Source: Pavona decussata
Taxonomy: Eukaryota
Reading direction: 5' to 3'
Assembly: GCA_977016875.1 (NCBI GenBank)
Contig: CDRNST010000054.1
Coordinates: 1,116,001-1,180,000, forward strand
Length of the DNA stretch: 64,000 bases
Made by a program: the position numbers and the translations under genes. Within the stretch, counting starts at the first letter, position 1. Each line of letters opens with the position of its first letter. Under the pieces are notes generated by a model. That model ran no database searches, was not told the DNA's origin, and was given only the letters and a program-made list of their open reading frames with translations. Of this stretch, positions 45,168-56,596 are shown in pieces.

Positions 45168-48100
45168 TGTGTTATTTCCACCGTAACTTGGTTGGTCGCT
45201 GGAAACTTTTCCGGGACTATTGTGAGGCTTTCTACACATAACTCTAGTTTAATGGCCTTAGCTCCCACGAGTCTCCTGTAGCTCAGTGGTAGAACATCCA
45301 AACTAGTAAGGTGATAGGTTCGAATTTTTTTCCGCGTATGCTTGTGTCATAGACTGACTGAATATAAACACGTGGGCCCAGATTGAAATTTGCATGTGCA
45401 AACGTTTTTATAGCTGAGATTGGCTCCTGATTTGTAACTGTGGTGTTCATGATAGTTGTGTTTGTTGTTTCGTGTGGACGTTTTGCTCAGTTTGTACATT
45501 GTAAGAGTAATTTGCCTTTTCCTTCTGTCATCTTTTACAATTGTTAGAAAAGGAGAAGAACTATTCAAGAACTCCGCAAGAGATTTCTATCAGAATAGAT
45601 ATTTTAAGCGCACTTGTTTCCTTGTCAGCCATGTTACTATTTACTCATTCAGATGTAAAAATCGTCAACATGTACTCTACATCTGGCATTAGTACAGGAC
45701 ATTGACCGGTATGGATAGTACCCAGTCAGTAGATTTGTGTCAAACTGGATATATTTGTACGAGCAAATTTAGTCAAATAAGAATCATAAAAACGACAAGG
45801 AACTGCGCCGGTTTCGTATATAGCTAGAGCATTTAACACATTCCCGGCTTTCCGACGGGCATTACTCAATGACGACTCTACACATGCGTTTCACTCCTTT
45901 CATGAGAACAGGTGGACTCGACGGAGAATTTGTCTCTTTTTTTTCTGAATTTGGACACCGTTGTTCTTAATTAGGTTCCTCGTTAAATAGCTCCCTCCTT
46001 GCAAATAGTCATATTTATCCAAAGGACCAAGGCCACCACATACAAATGGCCGCGGTCCCGTCTCCAGTGGGGACGTGAAAGAACCACTAAGGACAGAACG
46101 AGTCCTTGCACTGTCAGGGACGGTGTCCAGAAGGGTGTAAAGAAGAAGAACAATGACAGCTACCTGTAAAATTAAACCATAGAAAGAGAAGAAGGAGAAC
46201 CGCGCCTCCTCCGAGCCCACCGACTCCCCTGTCATTGTCTCTATACGATGCTGTTGTTGGGGTCGACCCTTAGAACTACTGCCTCTCTGAAATGGAGGTG
46301 TGGCCCTTCCACCACCTTGCAAGAAGGAAGTCAGGATGTCGGCCACCTACTAATCTATTCTTGAAACCAGAAGGAAAGTGGTTTTCCATTTTTCTTTCTT
46401 TTTTTATTTGATTAATTTCTACGAGACCGTTCATTGTTTTCTTGATCAAAGTCTGATCGAACAAAACAACTATTGCTGGAATCAGGCTGAATAAACACAG
46501 ACCCTGTTTCCTAATAGTCGTTTGTGTGATACTAGAGACTGAAGATCTCACTGTCTCATAATAGCCGTTATTTCAGTCAGTGAGAAGTGATGTAATTGCC
46601 AAATTATGGAAGCAAACTGTGAGCCGCTCTACTCCCGTTGACATCAACCATAAAGGAAGGTTCGCCAAGGAGGCAGTTGAAGTGCAGAGTTAAGCTGCAA
46701 ATTTACAGAGAGGACCGCTGATGCTACTATTCCTCGCGATTGGTCGATAAGAAGTAAATAAAGGGCAAGGTTGGCATCAGATGACTTGTAAAATTGGTTT
46801 TACGAAAGTGCAATGCTGTTTTGATATCTTAGGAGCTTTTGTAAGGAAATAAACACTAAACGCCTCGAGTTCTGAGTTATCGGTTACGCAGTGGCACCTC
46901 GGTCTCGCCCTCTACATGTGTTACATTATTGCCCTGAAGAGTCAGTTATTTGGACGCCTAATGATTTTGAAACTTGCTCACACGGCTTCACAATCCTCCA
47001 AAAAACGACATTTTCTTTAGGGGCTAACCTGCATGTAGCCGGTTGATGTGCAACATCACTGAAGCCTTTTCTCGCAGCCTCAAACCGATAGATTACAAAA
47101 CAAATAAATTAAAGTGCAAAAAGATTTTCCAATTAAGAAAATACAACCAGAATAAATGGTGCTTATCTATCATTTGCAGTGCGAAATGATTTTCTTTAAT
47201 AGGAAACAGGAAACGAGAGAAGTAACAAATAGTAAGGTATTTTATGATTTACTTTTTGAGATTTTTTTCCAATCTGGAAAAGATCATAACTCAGGTTGTA
47301 GCACCGAATATTAAAGTGATTATTTTACCACCGTTTTGTGACCAGCTGATTTCCAAACGAAATTTCCGGATTTTCCAAGCAAATGCTTAACCCCCGTTAA
47401 TACTTTTGACGTCATTATTCTTTGTATAAAGTCAGAGGTTTTATTTTCGCAGTGATTGAAACTTTCGAAAATTTTGCAAAATTTCCGTTAAAAATTATCA
47501 CCACACTTAATGAGGCGACGAGCTATAGATTTTAGAGAATTACATGGCGGTCAAATCTGAAGGCGTATTCTTTCGGCACAATTCTGGAATACGGAATAGA
47601 CGGAAATCATGTTATTTTCAGTGGGACCTATTTTGCTGTCGGAATGAATGAATAGTATTCCGTTTATTTTGAAATCAGGGGCGGAAAATACAGAATACAG
47701 TTGACTCAAAATAACAGGAATTGCGTTGTTCTAAGAAAGTTTTCAGTTTCATTCTTTTGGGAACTGATATTTTGTGTATTCTGTTACTGCTAGAATTGTC
47801 CCAAAAGATAGCGCTTTAAAATTCAATAACAATTGCGACGGAAATCTCTCAGTTGCCATGGCTACCATCACCACCCTTCTTTTTTGTTCACGTAAGTGAA
47901 CAATGCCTTCGAATTTCTTTTCCTGGTCTAATTTTACGTTACTTAAATTTTGTGAACCTTGAACGATGTACAAAAACCAACAAAACTATAGTTAGAGGGA
48001 TTATGCCATAGCAAATTGATATCTACAATAAACGGTGTGACACGATAATTTATAACCATGGTAATGAATACTCACTTTGAACAGGATAAAAGTGAGTAAA

Positions 48101-50070
48101 CTTCAACTGAAAATCATTTTACAAACACAGACGTGGAAATAAAGCGTATTTTTTTTTTTATCATCCGCATATAACTCGATTTTACTACAATTCAACGAAT
48201 ATACTAATTGTATGAGGTAGGGGCGCTCTTGAATTCGGTGTCTATCTATTAGGAAGCTAGGCATGAATGACCTCAGAATTTCTGATTGAATTGTCACTAA
48301 AAACTACATTTTCTTTGGTGGATTAAATGCCACCTAAAACTTTCGTAACGCAGAAAACGAGCGAAATAAGTGCAGCTGACATTTTCAGTTCCCAAAAATT
48401 TTCTATGACTTAAAAATCCAGGTAATGAATCCGAACAGAGCAAACTATATTAGCGTACACAAATATCGCTGTTAGGAACCCGAGAATGATGTTGTATATT
48501 ATAACACTTTTCTTACACATTATCGCTGGGTGTATCTGATAAGGAAAGAAATTGGTCCATTTATAAATCAGTTGAAAATTCATTTAAATCTGTTAAGTGA
48601 ATTCCCGTAGAAAATAAATCTCACATCGAATTTTGTCAAATTAAAAAAAATAGGAGACGTCTGCGCCGCGCAATACAAGTCAAATAAGTCCGAAGTTCAT
48701 TTATCGTTCCACTCTAGCATTTTGATTTTCTCTAGCACCGTCCGCGAGTTCTATGCGTTTGCCAGCTTCCATGGCAGCGGCACCAGCCTGGTTGGGTGGT
48801 TGGATATTCAACACTTTTTGATGGAGAACAGGATTCAACACGTACACGAAGCTTACCAATGTAACAGCCACAAGGGTTGCCGTGTTTATTGCACTGTTGC
48901 CTTGAAATTTGCCGATGTTGATCAGCATGTGGCAAATCATAACAGGAATTCTGAACAACACAAAAATGCCACAGATTTTGAAGCTCAGTTCAGTCAGTTT
49001 TCTCTCGTTTCTTCGGTTTGCAGAACTTAAGGAGTTCACGGGAGATGAACGGAATTTTTTGGCGATGCGAAGAAGCGTGACTATTATGATGACCATGGTA
49101 ATGGTATCGAACTGGCCGAAAGTCGCAATGGTGGCTTGAAGAACTTTACTGAGTCCACCAAAGTTGTTGTATGGATAAAAAGCAACGCAAGTAGACGACT
49201 CATTTCGCGTCAAAACGGCAAACACGGCGGCTGTTATCAAGGCTATAAGCCATGTCACAGCAATGACCTTCTTCACGTTTCTTGTTTTAAGACGTCGATT
49301 AAAAGGGCGAAGAACACATTCCTGACGATCAAACGCCATCAACGACAAGGTCAGATCATTCAGTACAAGGAGGGAAAATGCAGAAGGGAGAACAGCCTTG
49401 CAAAGTGTTTCAACGACTGGCAAATCGTAAATTTGAAGATAATTTGCAGCTGTCATAACTATTAGCAAGGGCATGTTAAATAGCGCCGAGAAAAGTCCAA
49501 TCAAAGCGAGGCTTCCCAGTAAATAATGAGGCACTTTACGAAGGCTTTGCCGCCTTCGAAGCAATATGCAGACGCGTGCGTTGCCAAATGCTCCCGCCAA
49601 AATGCTGATGGCCAGAAACAAGCCGACGAATATTGCGAGACCTGTTGGAAGTGGCGTGGTGGTAGGGCTGCTTGAAATAGAGATATTAGCCTTAACGTTC
49701 GTTGAGTTGTTCATGATGAGAGTAAGGTACAGTTCCTTGGGAGATAAAGGCCCTCCAGTGTCTTGTCTTCCTTCACTGTGGATTAAAATATGTGTTGATA
49801 AAATGTTGTTTAAGTCCACCCATTAGCTGATATTTTTAGATGCAGCTGATGTGTCGTATTACTTTATAAAACAACTGAATGGTGTGGTAGGAAAGCAGCA
49901 CTGTGACTCTCTCGAAGCTGAGACTATTGAATTGCTTCGGAAATTAATTTAAGACTCAATTGTTTGAAAACAATCTCGGTAATTTAAAGATTACTGGTGT
50001 AATCAGACACCCGGAACATTGCAGTGTGTGGAAACCTTACAAGGATAGTAGATTCTAGCTTTGCGGTGAT
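45168..50070. repeat. Segmental duplication unit, copy 2 (complete, ~4.9 kb)
   Basis: Collinear with 50458-54340 and with copies 0 and 1. Confidence 0.92.
48701..49714 (-). CDS. Orphan rhodopsin-like (class A) GPCR, copy 2, intronless CDS (337 aa from ATG)
   Basis: Intact paralogue of 40377-41390 with the same length and motifs. Confidence 0.92.
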   Translation of the reverse strand: MNNSTNVKANISISSSPTTTPLPTGLAIFVGLFLAISILAGAFGNARVCILLRRRQSLRKVPHYLLGSLALIGLFSALFNMPLLIVMTAANYLQIYDLPVVETLCKAVLPSAFSLLVLNDLTLSLMAFDRQECVLRPFNRRLKTRNVKKVIAVTWLIALITAAVFAVLTRNESSTCVAFYPYNNFGGLSKVLQATIATFGQFDTITMVIIIVTLLRIAKKFRSSPVNSLSSANRRNERKLTELSFKICGIFVLFRIPVMICHMLINIGKFQGNSAINTATLVAVTLVSFVYVLNPVLHQKVLNIQPPNQAGAAAMEAGKRIELADGARENQNARVER

Positions 50071-50457
50071 ATGAGTCGCATGTAGCTCAGTGGTAGAGCA
50101 TCCAAACTAGTAAGGTGATAGGTTCGAATTTTTTTCCGCGTATGCCTGTGTCATAGACTGACTGAATACAAACACGTGGGCCCAAATTGTAATTTGCATG
50201 TGCAAACGTTTTTATAGCTGAGATTGGCTCCTGATTTGTAACTGTGGTGTTCATGATAGTTGTGCTTGTTGTGTCGTGTGGACGTTTTGCTCAGTTTGTA
50301 CATTGTAAGAGTAATTTACCTTTTCCTTCTGTAATCTTTTACAATTGTTAGAAAAGATGAAGAACTATTCAAGAACTCCGCAAGAGATTTCTATCAGAGT
50401 AGATATTTTAAGTGCACTTGTTTCCTTGTCAGCCATGTTATTATTCACTCATTCAGC
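50058..50457. repeat. Local ~400-bp partial duplication of the unit start
   Basis: 50071-50456 repeats 50569-50951; both copies are preceded by ctttgcggtgatatg. Confidence 0.85.
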
Positions 50458-53400
50458 TTTGCGGTGATATGTTATTTCCACCGTAACTTGGTTGGTCGCT
50501 GGAAACTTTTCCGGGACTATTGTGAGGCTTTTTACACATGACTCTAGTTTAATGGCCTTAGCTCCCACGAGTCTCATGTAGCTCAGTGGTAGAGCATCCA
50601 AACTAGTAAGGTGATAGGTTCGAATTCTTTTCCGCGTATGCCTGTGTCATAGACTGACTGAATACAAACACGTGGGCCCAGATTGTAATTTGCATGTGCG
50701 TAAGTTTTTATGGCTGAGATTGGCTCCTGATTTGTAACTGTGGTGTTCATAATAGTTGTGTTTGTTGTGTCGTGTGGACGTTTTGCTCCCTTTGTACATT
50801 GTAAGAGTAATTTGCCTTTTCCTTCTGTAATCTTTTACAATTGTTAGAAAAGGCGAAGAACTATTCAAGAACTCCGCAAGAGATTTCTATCAGAGTAGAT
50901 ATTTTAAGCGCACTTGTTTCCTTGTCAGTCATGTTATTATTCACTCATTCAGATGTAAAAATCGTTAACATGTACTCTACATCTGGCATTAGTACAGTAC
51001 AGTGACCGGTATGGATAGTACCCAGTCAATAGATTTGTGTCAAATTGGATATATTTGTACGTGCAAATTTACTCAAATAAGAATCATAAAAACGACAAGG
51101 AACTGCGCCGGTTTGGTATAGCTAGAGCATATAAAACATTCCCTGTCCGACGGGGATTACAATGACGACTCTACACATGCGTTTCACTCCTTTTCATGTT
51201 TTTTCCGAATGACCAAAAGTTTCAGGAGAACAGGTGGACTCGACGGAGAATTTTTCTCTTTTTTTCTGAACTTGAACACCGTTGTTCTTAATTATGTTCC
51301 ACGTTAAATAGCTCCCTACTTCCAAATAGTCATATTAATCCCAGTGACCAGGGCCACCACATACAAATGGCTACGGCCCCGTCTCCAGTGGGGACGTAAA
51401 AGAACCACTTAGGACATAACAAGTCCTTGCACTTTCAGGGACGGTGTCCAGAAGGGTGTAAAGAAGAAGAACAATGACAGCTACCTATAAAAGAAATCAT
51501 AGAAAGAGAAGAAGGAGAACTGCGTCTCCTCCGAGCCCACCGACTCTCCTGTCATTGCCTCTACGATGCTGTTGTTGGGGTCGACCCTTAGTACTACTGT
51601 GCCTGAAATGGACTGACCGTGACCCTTCCACCGCCTTGCGAGAAGGAAGTCAGGATGCCGGCCACCTACTAATCTATTCTTGAAACCAGAAGGAAAGTGG
51701 TTTTCCATTTTTCTTTCTTTTTTTATTTGATTAATTTCTACGAGACCTTTTATTGTTTTCTTGATCAAAGTCTGATCGAGCAAAACAACTATTGCTGGAA
51801 TCAGGCTGAATAAACACAGACCCAGTTTCCTAGTAGTCGTTTGTGTGATACTAGAGACTGAAGAGCTCACCGTCTCATTATAGCCGTTATTTCAGTCAGT
51901 GAAAAGTGATGTAATTGCCAAATTATGGAAGCAAACTGTGAGCCGCTCTACTCCCGTTGACATCAACCATAAAGGAAGGTTCGCCAAGGAGGCAGTTGAA
52001 GTGCAGAGTTAAGCTGCAAATTTACAGAGAGGACCGCTGATGCTACTATTCCTCGCGATTGGTCGATAAGAAGTAAATAAAGAGCAAGGTTGGCCTCAGA
52101 TGACTTGTAAAATTGGTTTTACGAAAGTGCAATGTTGTTTTGAGATCTTAGGAGCTTTTGTAAGGAAATAAAGACACTAAACGCCTAGCGTTCTGAGTTA
52201 CCGGTTACGCAGTGGCACCTCGGTGTCGCCTTCTACATGTGTTACATTATTGCCCTGAAGAGTCAGTTATTTGGACGCCTAATGATTTTGAAACTTGCTC
52301 ATACGGCTTCACAATCCTCCAAAAAACGACATTTTCTTTAGGGGCTAACCTGTAGCCGGTTGATGGTCGTTGATGTTCAACATCACTGAAGCCTTTTCTC
52401 GAAGCCTCAAACCGATAGAATACAAAACAAATCAATTAAAGTGCAAAAAGATTCGTAGGAGAGATTTTCCAATTAAGAAAATCCAACCAGGAAAAATGGT
52501 GCTTATCTATCATTTGCAGTGCGAAATGATTTTGTTTAGTAGGAAACATGAAACGAGTGAAGTAACAAATAGTAAGGTATTTTATGAACTATTTTTTGAG
52601 GTTTTTTCCAATCTGGAAAAGATCATAACTCAGGTTGTAGCACCGAATATTAAAGTGATTATTTTACCGCCATTTTGTGACCAGCTGATTTCCAAACGAA
52701 ATTTCCGGACTTTCCAAGCAAATGCTTAACACCCGTTAATACTTTTGACGTCATTATTCGTTGTATAAAGTCAGAGCTTTTGTTTTCGCGGTGATTGAAA
52801 TTTGCGAAAATTTTGCAAAATTTCCGTTAAAGATTATCACCACACTTGATGAGGCGACGAGCTGGATTTTAGAAAATTGCATGGCGTTCAAATTTGAAGG
52901 CCCTCAATATTCTTTCGGCACTATTCCGGATTACGGAATACACGGAAATCATGTTATTTTCAGTGGGACCTATTTTGTTGTCGGAATGAATGAATAGTAT
53001 TCCGTTTATTTTGACATCAGAGGCGGAAAAAACAGAATACAGTTGACTCAAAATAACAGGAATTGCGTTGTTCTGTGAAGGTTTTCAGTTTAATTCTTTT
53101 GAGAACTGATATTTTGTGTATTCTGTTACTGCTAGAATTGTCCCAAAAGATAGCGCTTTAAAATTCAATAACAATTGCGACAAAAATCTCTCAGTTGCCA
53201 TGGCTACCATCACCACCCTTCTTTTTTGTTCACGTAAATGAACAATGCCTTCGAATTTCTTTTCCTGGTCTAATTTTACGTTATTTAAATTTTTTCGAAC
53301 CTTGAACGATGAACAAAAACAACTAAGCTAAAAGCGAAACGAAAGTATAGTTTAAGGGATTATGCCATAGCAAATTGATATTTACAATAAACGGTGTGAC

Positions 53401-54340
53401 ACGATAATTTATAACCACGGTAATGAATACTCACTTTGAACAGGATAAAAGTGAGTAAACTTCAACTGAAAATCATTTTAAAAACACAGACGTGGAAATA
53501 AAGCGTGCTAACTTTTATCATCAGCATATAACTCCATTTTAGTACAATTCAACGTATACTTTAATTATATGAGGCAGGGGCACTCTTCAATTCGGTGTCT
53601 ATCTATTCGGACGCTAGGCATAAATGACCTCAGACTTTCTGATTGAATTGTCACTAAAAACTGCATTTTCTTTGGTCGATTAAATGCCACCTATAACTTT
53701 AACGCAGAAAAGGAGCGAAATAAGTGCAGCTGAGATTTTGAAAAAAAAGTAGTTTGTTGGTTTGGAAGATGGTATTCTGAATCCGAACAGAGCAAACTAT
53801 GTTAGCATACACAATTATCTCTGTTAGAAACCCGAAAATGATGTTGAACATTTAAAACACTTTTCTTAGACATTATCGATGATCTGATAAGGAAGCAAAT
53901 TGGTCCCTTTAGAAATCAGTTGAAAATTCATTAAATCTGTTAGGTTTATTCTTGTTAATTACGCAAACGTAGAAAAATAAATCCCACGTCGAATTATGTC
54001 AAATTAAAGGAAATAGGAGACGTCTGCCCCGCGTAAGACAAGCAAAATAAGTCTGAAGTTCATTTATTGTTCCACTCTAGCATTTTGATTTTCTCTAGCA
54101 CCGTCCGCGAGTTCTATGCGTTCGCCAGCTTCCATGGCAGTGGCACCAGCCTGGTTGGGTGGTTGGACATTCAACATTTTATGATGGACAACAGGATTCA
54201 ACACGTACAGGAAGCTTACCAATGTAACAGCCACAAGGGTTGCCGTGTTTAAAGCATCGGTGTTTTGAAATTTGCCGATTTTGGTCAGCATGTGGCAAAT
54301 CATAACAGGAATTCTGAACAACACAAAAATGCCACAGATT
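50458..54340. repeat. Segmental duplication unit, copy 3 (left part)
   Basis: Collinear with 45168-48978. Confidence 0.92.
54064..54340 (-). pseudogene. GPCR copy 3, 3' fragment (TM6-TM7-tail)
   Basis: ICGIFVLFRIPVMICH...LNPVVHHK...ARVEQ-stop; homology stops abruptly at ~54341. Confidence 0.9.
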
Positions 54341-54349
54341 TGGAACGAC

Positions 54350-54495
54350 TCGCCCCATGTAACGGAATCCACAGAGGTATTGGATTCCGGATTCCATCCC
54401 TCTGGATTCCGGATCCCAACCCTCTGGATTCACTGGATTCCGGATTTCAAGCCTCTGGATTCCGGATTCCAATAATTTGGAATCCAGATTACGGC
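54350..54495. repeat. GGATTCC-subrepeat element (one end only) at the GPCR breakpoint
   Basis: cgccccatgtaacggaatcc followed by many tggattcc(ggattcc) units. Confidence 0.7.
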
Positions 54496-55665
54496 GTCCT
54501 TGGTTCTACTCGTATTTTCAGCTCTGGTGAAATAATTTAAACAAAACACATACGTTTCTCCCATATTGTAGTAGAACAATAAGTCATGATTCCGTTGGGA
54601 AAAAACACCGATACCCTCTCATAGAACAAAACATTTCGAAAACGTCATTCTGGCAATTCCTATATACCATTTACATGATCAAAAAATATCGAGCAAGGTC
54701 ACATGTAGTATTTACTAGCAATTCCTATACCGTTTACATGATAAACAAATACCGAACAACAAATATTGACGGCTGATGTTCAAACTTAGTTACAATATAT
54801 TACGTAACTTACTGCATAAATCAGTGGCATCAATGGAAAGTTCAAATGATGCATAAGCTATAAATCTAAACGTTCGTTCCCTTAGTTTATTAGGAAAATG
54901 ATTTCCCTTAGAAATTAATGCACGTCACAAAAATGAGAAAGCTTTTGTCATTTGATTTTTAGGAAGTGCCTTAACTAAATTTAAAAAGTTCTACTCATCG
55001 TCCATTTGAGCGTTACAGTAAAGATCATGATGAGCGGCGCTTTTTGAAAGGGTTTTGCTTTTGAGTCTTTCATTAAGCATGGTTGCGAATGGTTGCTAAT
55101 TATATTAAAGCCTGGTTCGTTTCACTAGCAAAATATGCACAAGTATTTGCATAACGTCGCTATGTCATTGTCAAAGCTTTAAAAAATCCAGAATTTCCCT
55201 TTTTGTTATGCTTCCTATTATGATTATGTTCCTCTTATGCTAGGGAAAACCACATATGCAAAGCATAACCAGAAAGGACTATTACATCTAATAATATAAC
55301 AATCCTTCTTGGTCATTTCGCGTAAGCTGTTACATGCATTTTTTAAAAGGTGGCTGTTCAAAGCTATGCTTATGTGTGTATTTTGGGCCTGTTTTCGATG
55401 ACTTAAAATCGTATGCCGCTTTCGCTTCCGCTTATGTCCCTAGTCAAAACTCACAAAACTAGGCATAAGGAGGGCGCTTTACCTCTTCCACCCCGTGCAT
55501 GAGACTTGTATAATTGTCGCTACCAAAGATTTTGTGTCAGATCGGAGAATATCACGGCACGACCGCACGACCGAAGGAACAGCATGCACCAATTGCCAAT
55601 TTCACGGTTGTTTTTCCGAATTGGGGGCTTGTCGTTTTTCTAATACTATAAAAAGGGTGATTGTA

Positions 55666-55932
55666 CAGGGGCGTAGCTACCTGTACGCACATACGCACGT
55701 GCGTACCTGAAAAATTCGAAAATATAATAAAATGAATAAAAAGCAAATAAATAAAACCTAATTTGGTAAAAAACACAATTTTAATCAATTCAAGTCACTT
55801 AACTCAGCATGTGTCTTTAAAATAATTTTTATAAAGCAACGGAGTGTGTTTTTTCACACCCGAATGTCGGTTTCCACAGAGAAGCGACGGAAAATTGTGC
55901 GTACGTCTGGAAAAATCCTGGCTATGCCCCTG
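55666..55932. mobile_element. hAT-like MITE with 5-bp TSD
   Basis: TIR CAGGGGCGTAGC / GCTATGCCCCTG flanked by TTGTA on both sides. Confidence 0.75.
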
Positions 55933-56596
55933 TTGTAGACAATGTTGCGTCGAATTATTAAATTTAGATTATTCGTGATTATTAAGTTATCGAAAGTTAG
56001 CTATCATAGCTAGCTGCTCTAACTGAACTCTGAGCTAGAATTAACATTTTAATACGTTTAATTATTTCTTTGCGTCGAAACTTTTACTTGTAAAGAGTCA
56101 AAATGGTGTTTTATTCTACTAGTAATTCAAACAAAGCACCGTACATATTTATTCTTTAACCATCAGTTTTACTTGAGTTTTACCGACCATTGTTTTTCTG
56201 AGTATGTCAAAGACCTTAGATCGCTTAGCGCTTTGAGTTTTTGGACTCTTAAGAAAGAAAACATCGAGAAAAAAAATAAAACGAAAAGCCCATAAAAATG
56301 AAATAGTTTTTAATTAATCTGCCTTTTCGACGATTCACTTCTCTGATTTAAAGTCGTAAATCAACGGATCAAAATGAAAAATGGAGCCCCAAAACTATAG
56401 AAAACTGTTCCCTCGCGTTTTTCTTAAAGTCAACAAAGTTTCTTCTGCAGAAATGTCGAGAAATTCAAGTATCAACATGTCATTCAAGCCTCTGAAGTTT
56501 CATTTTGCTTCTAATTTTGGCTTCAACTACTTTTTGCTCTGTTCTAATAAATACTCTCAAGAATCAGACTCGAGATCGATCGAGAAGTCACTTTAA

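Noticed and set aside
45277-45335. tRNA gene (gtagctcagtggtagaac...ggttcgaa; also at 50081, 50578 and 26619)
   Set aside because: Only A/B-box remnants with no closing acceptor stem or proper anticodon arm; these are SINE heads copied with the duplication unit.
45900-46551. 148-aa and 91-aa minus-strand ORFs as a second gene in the unit
   Set aside because: Frames are not preserved between copies (compare 51481-51870), starts are non-ATG, and part overlaps a SINE-like 3' end with a (GAA)n tail.
54350-54495. CRISPR-like repeat-spacer array of GGATTCC units
   Set aside because: Repeats are 7-14 nt with irregular, related spacers, there are no cas genes and the context is eukaryotic; these are subterminal repeats of a transposon.
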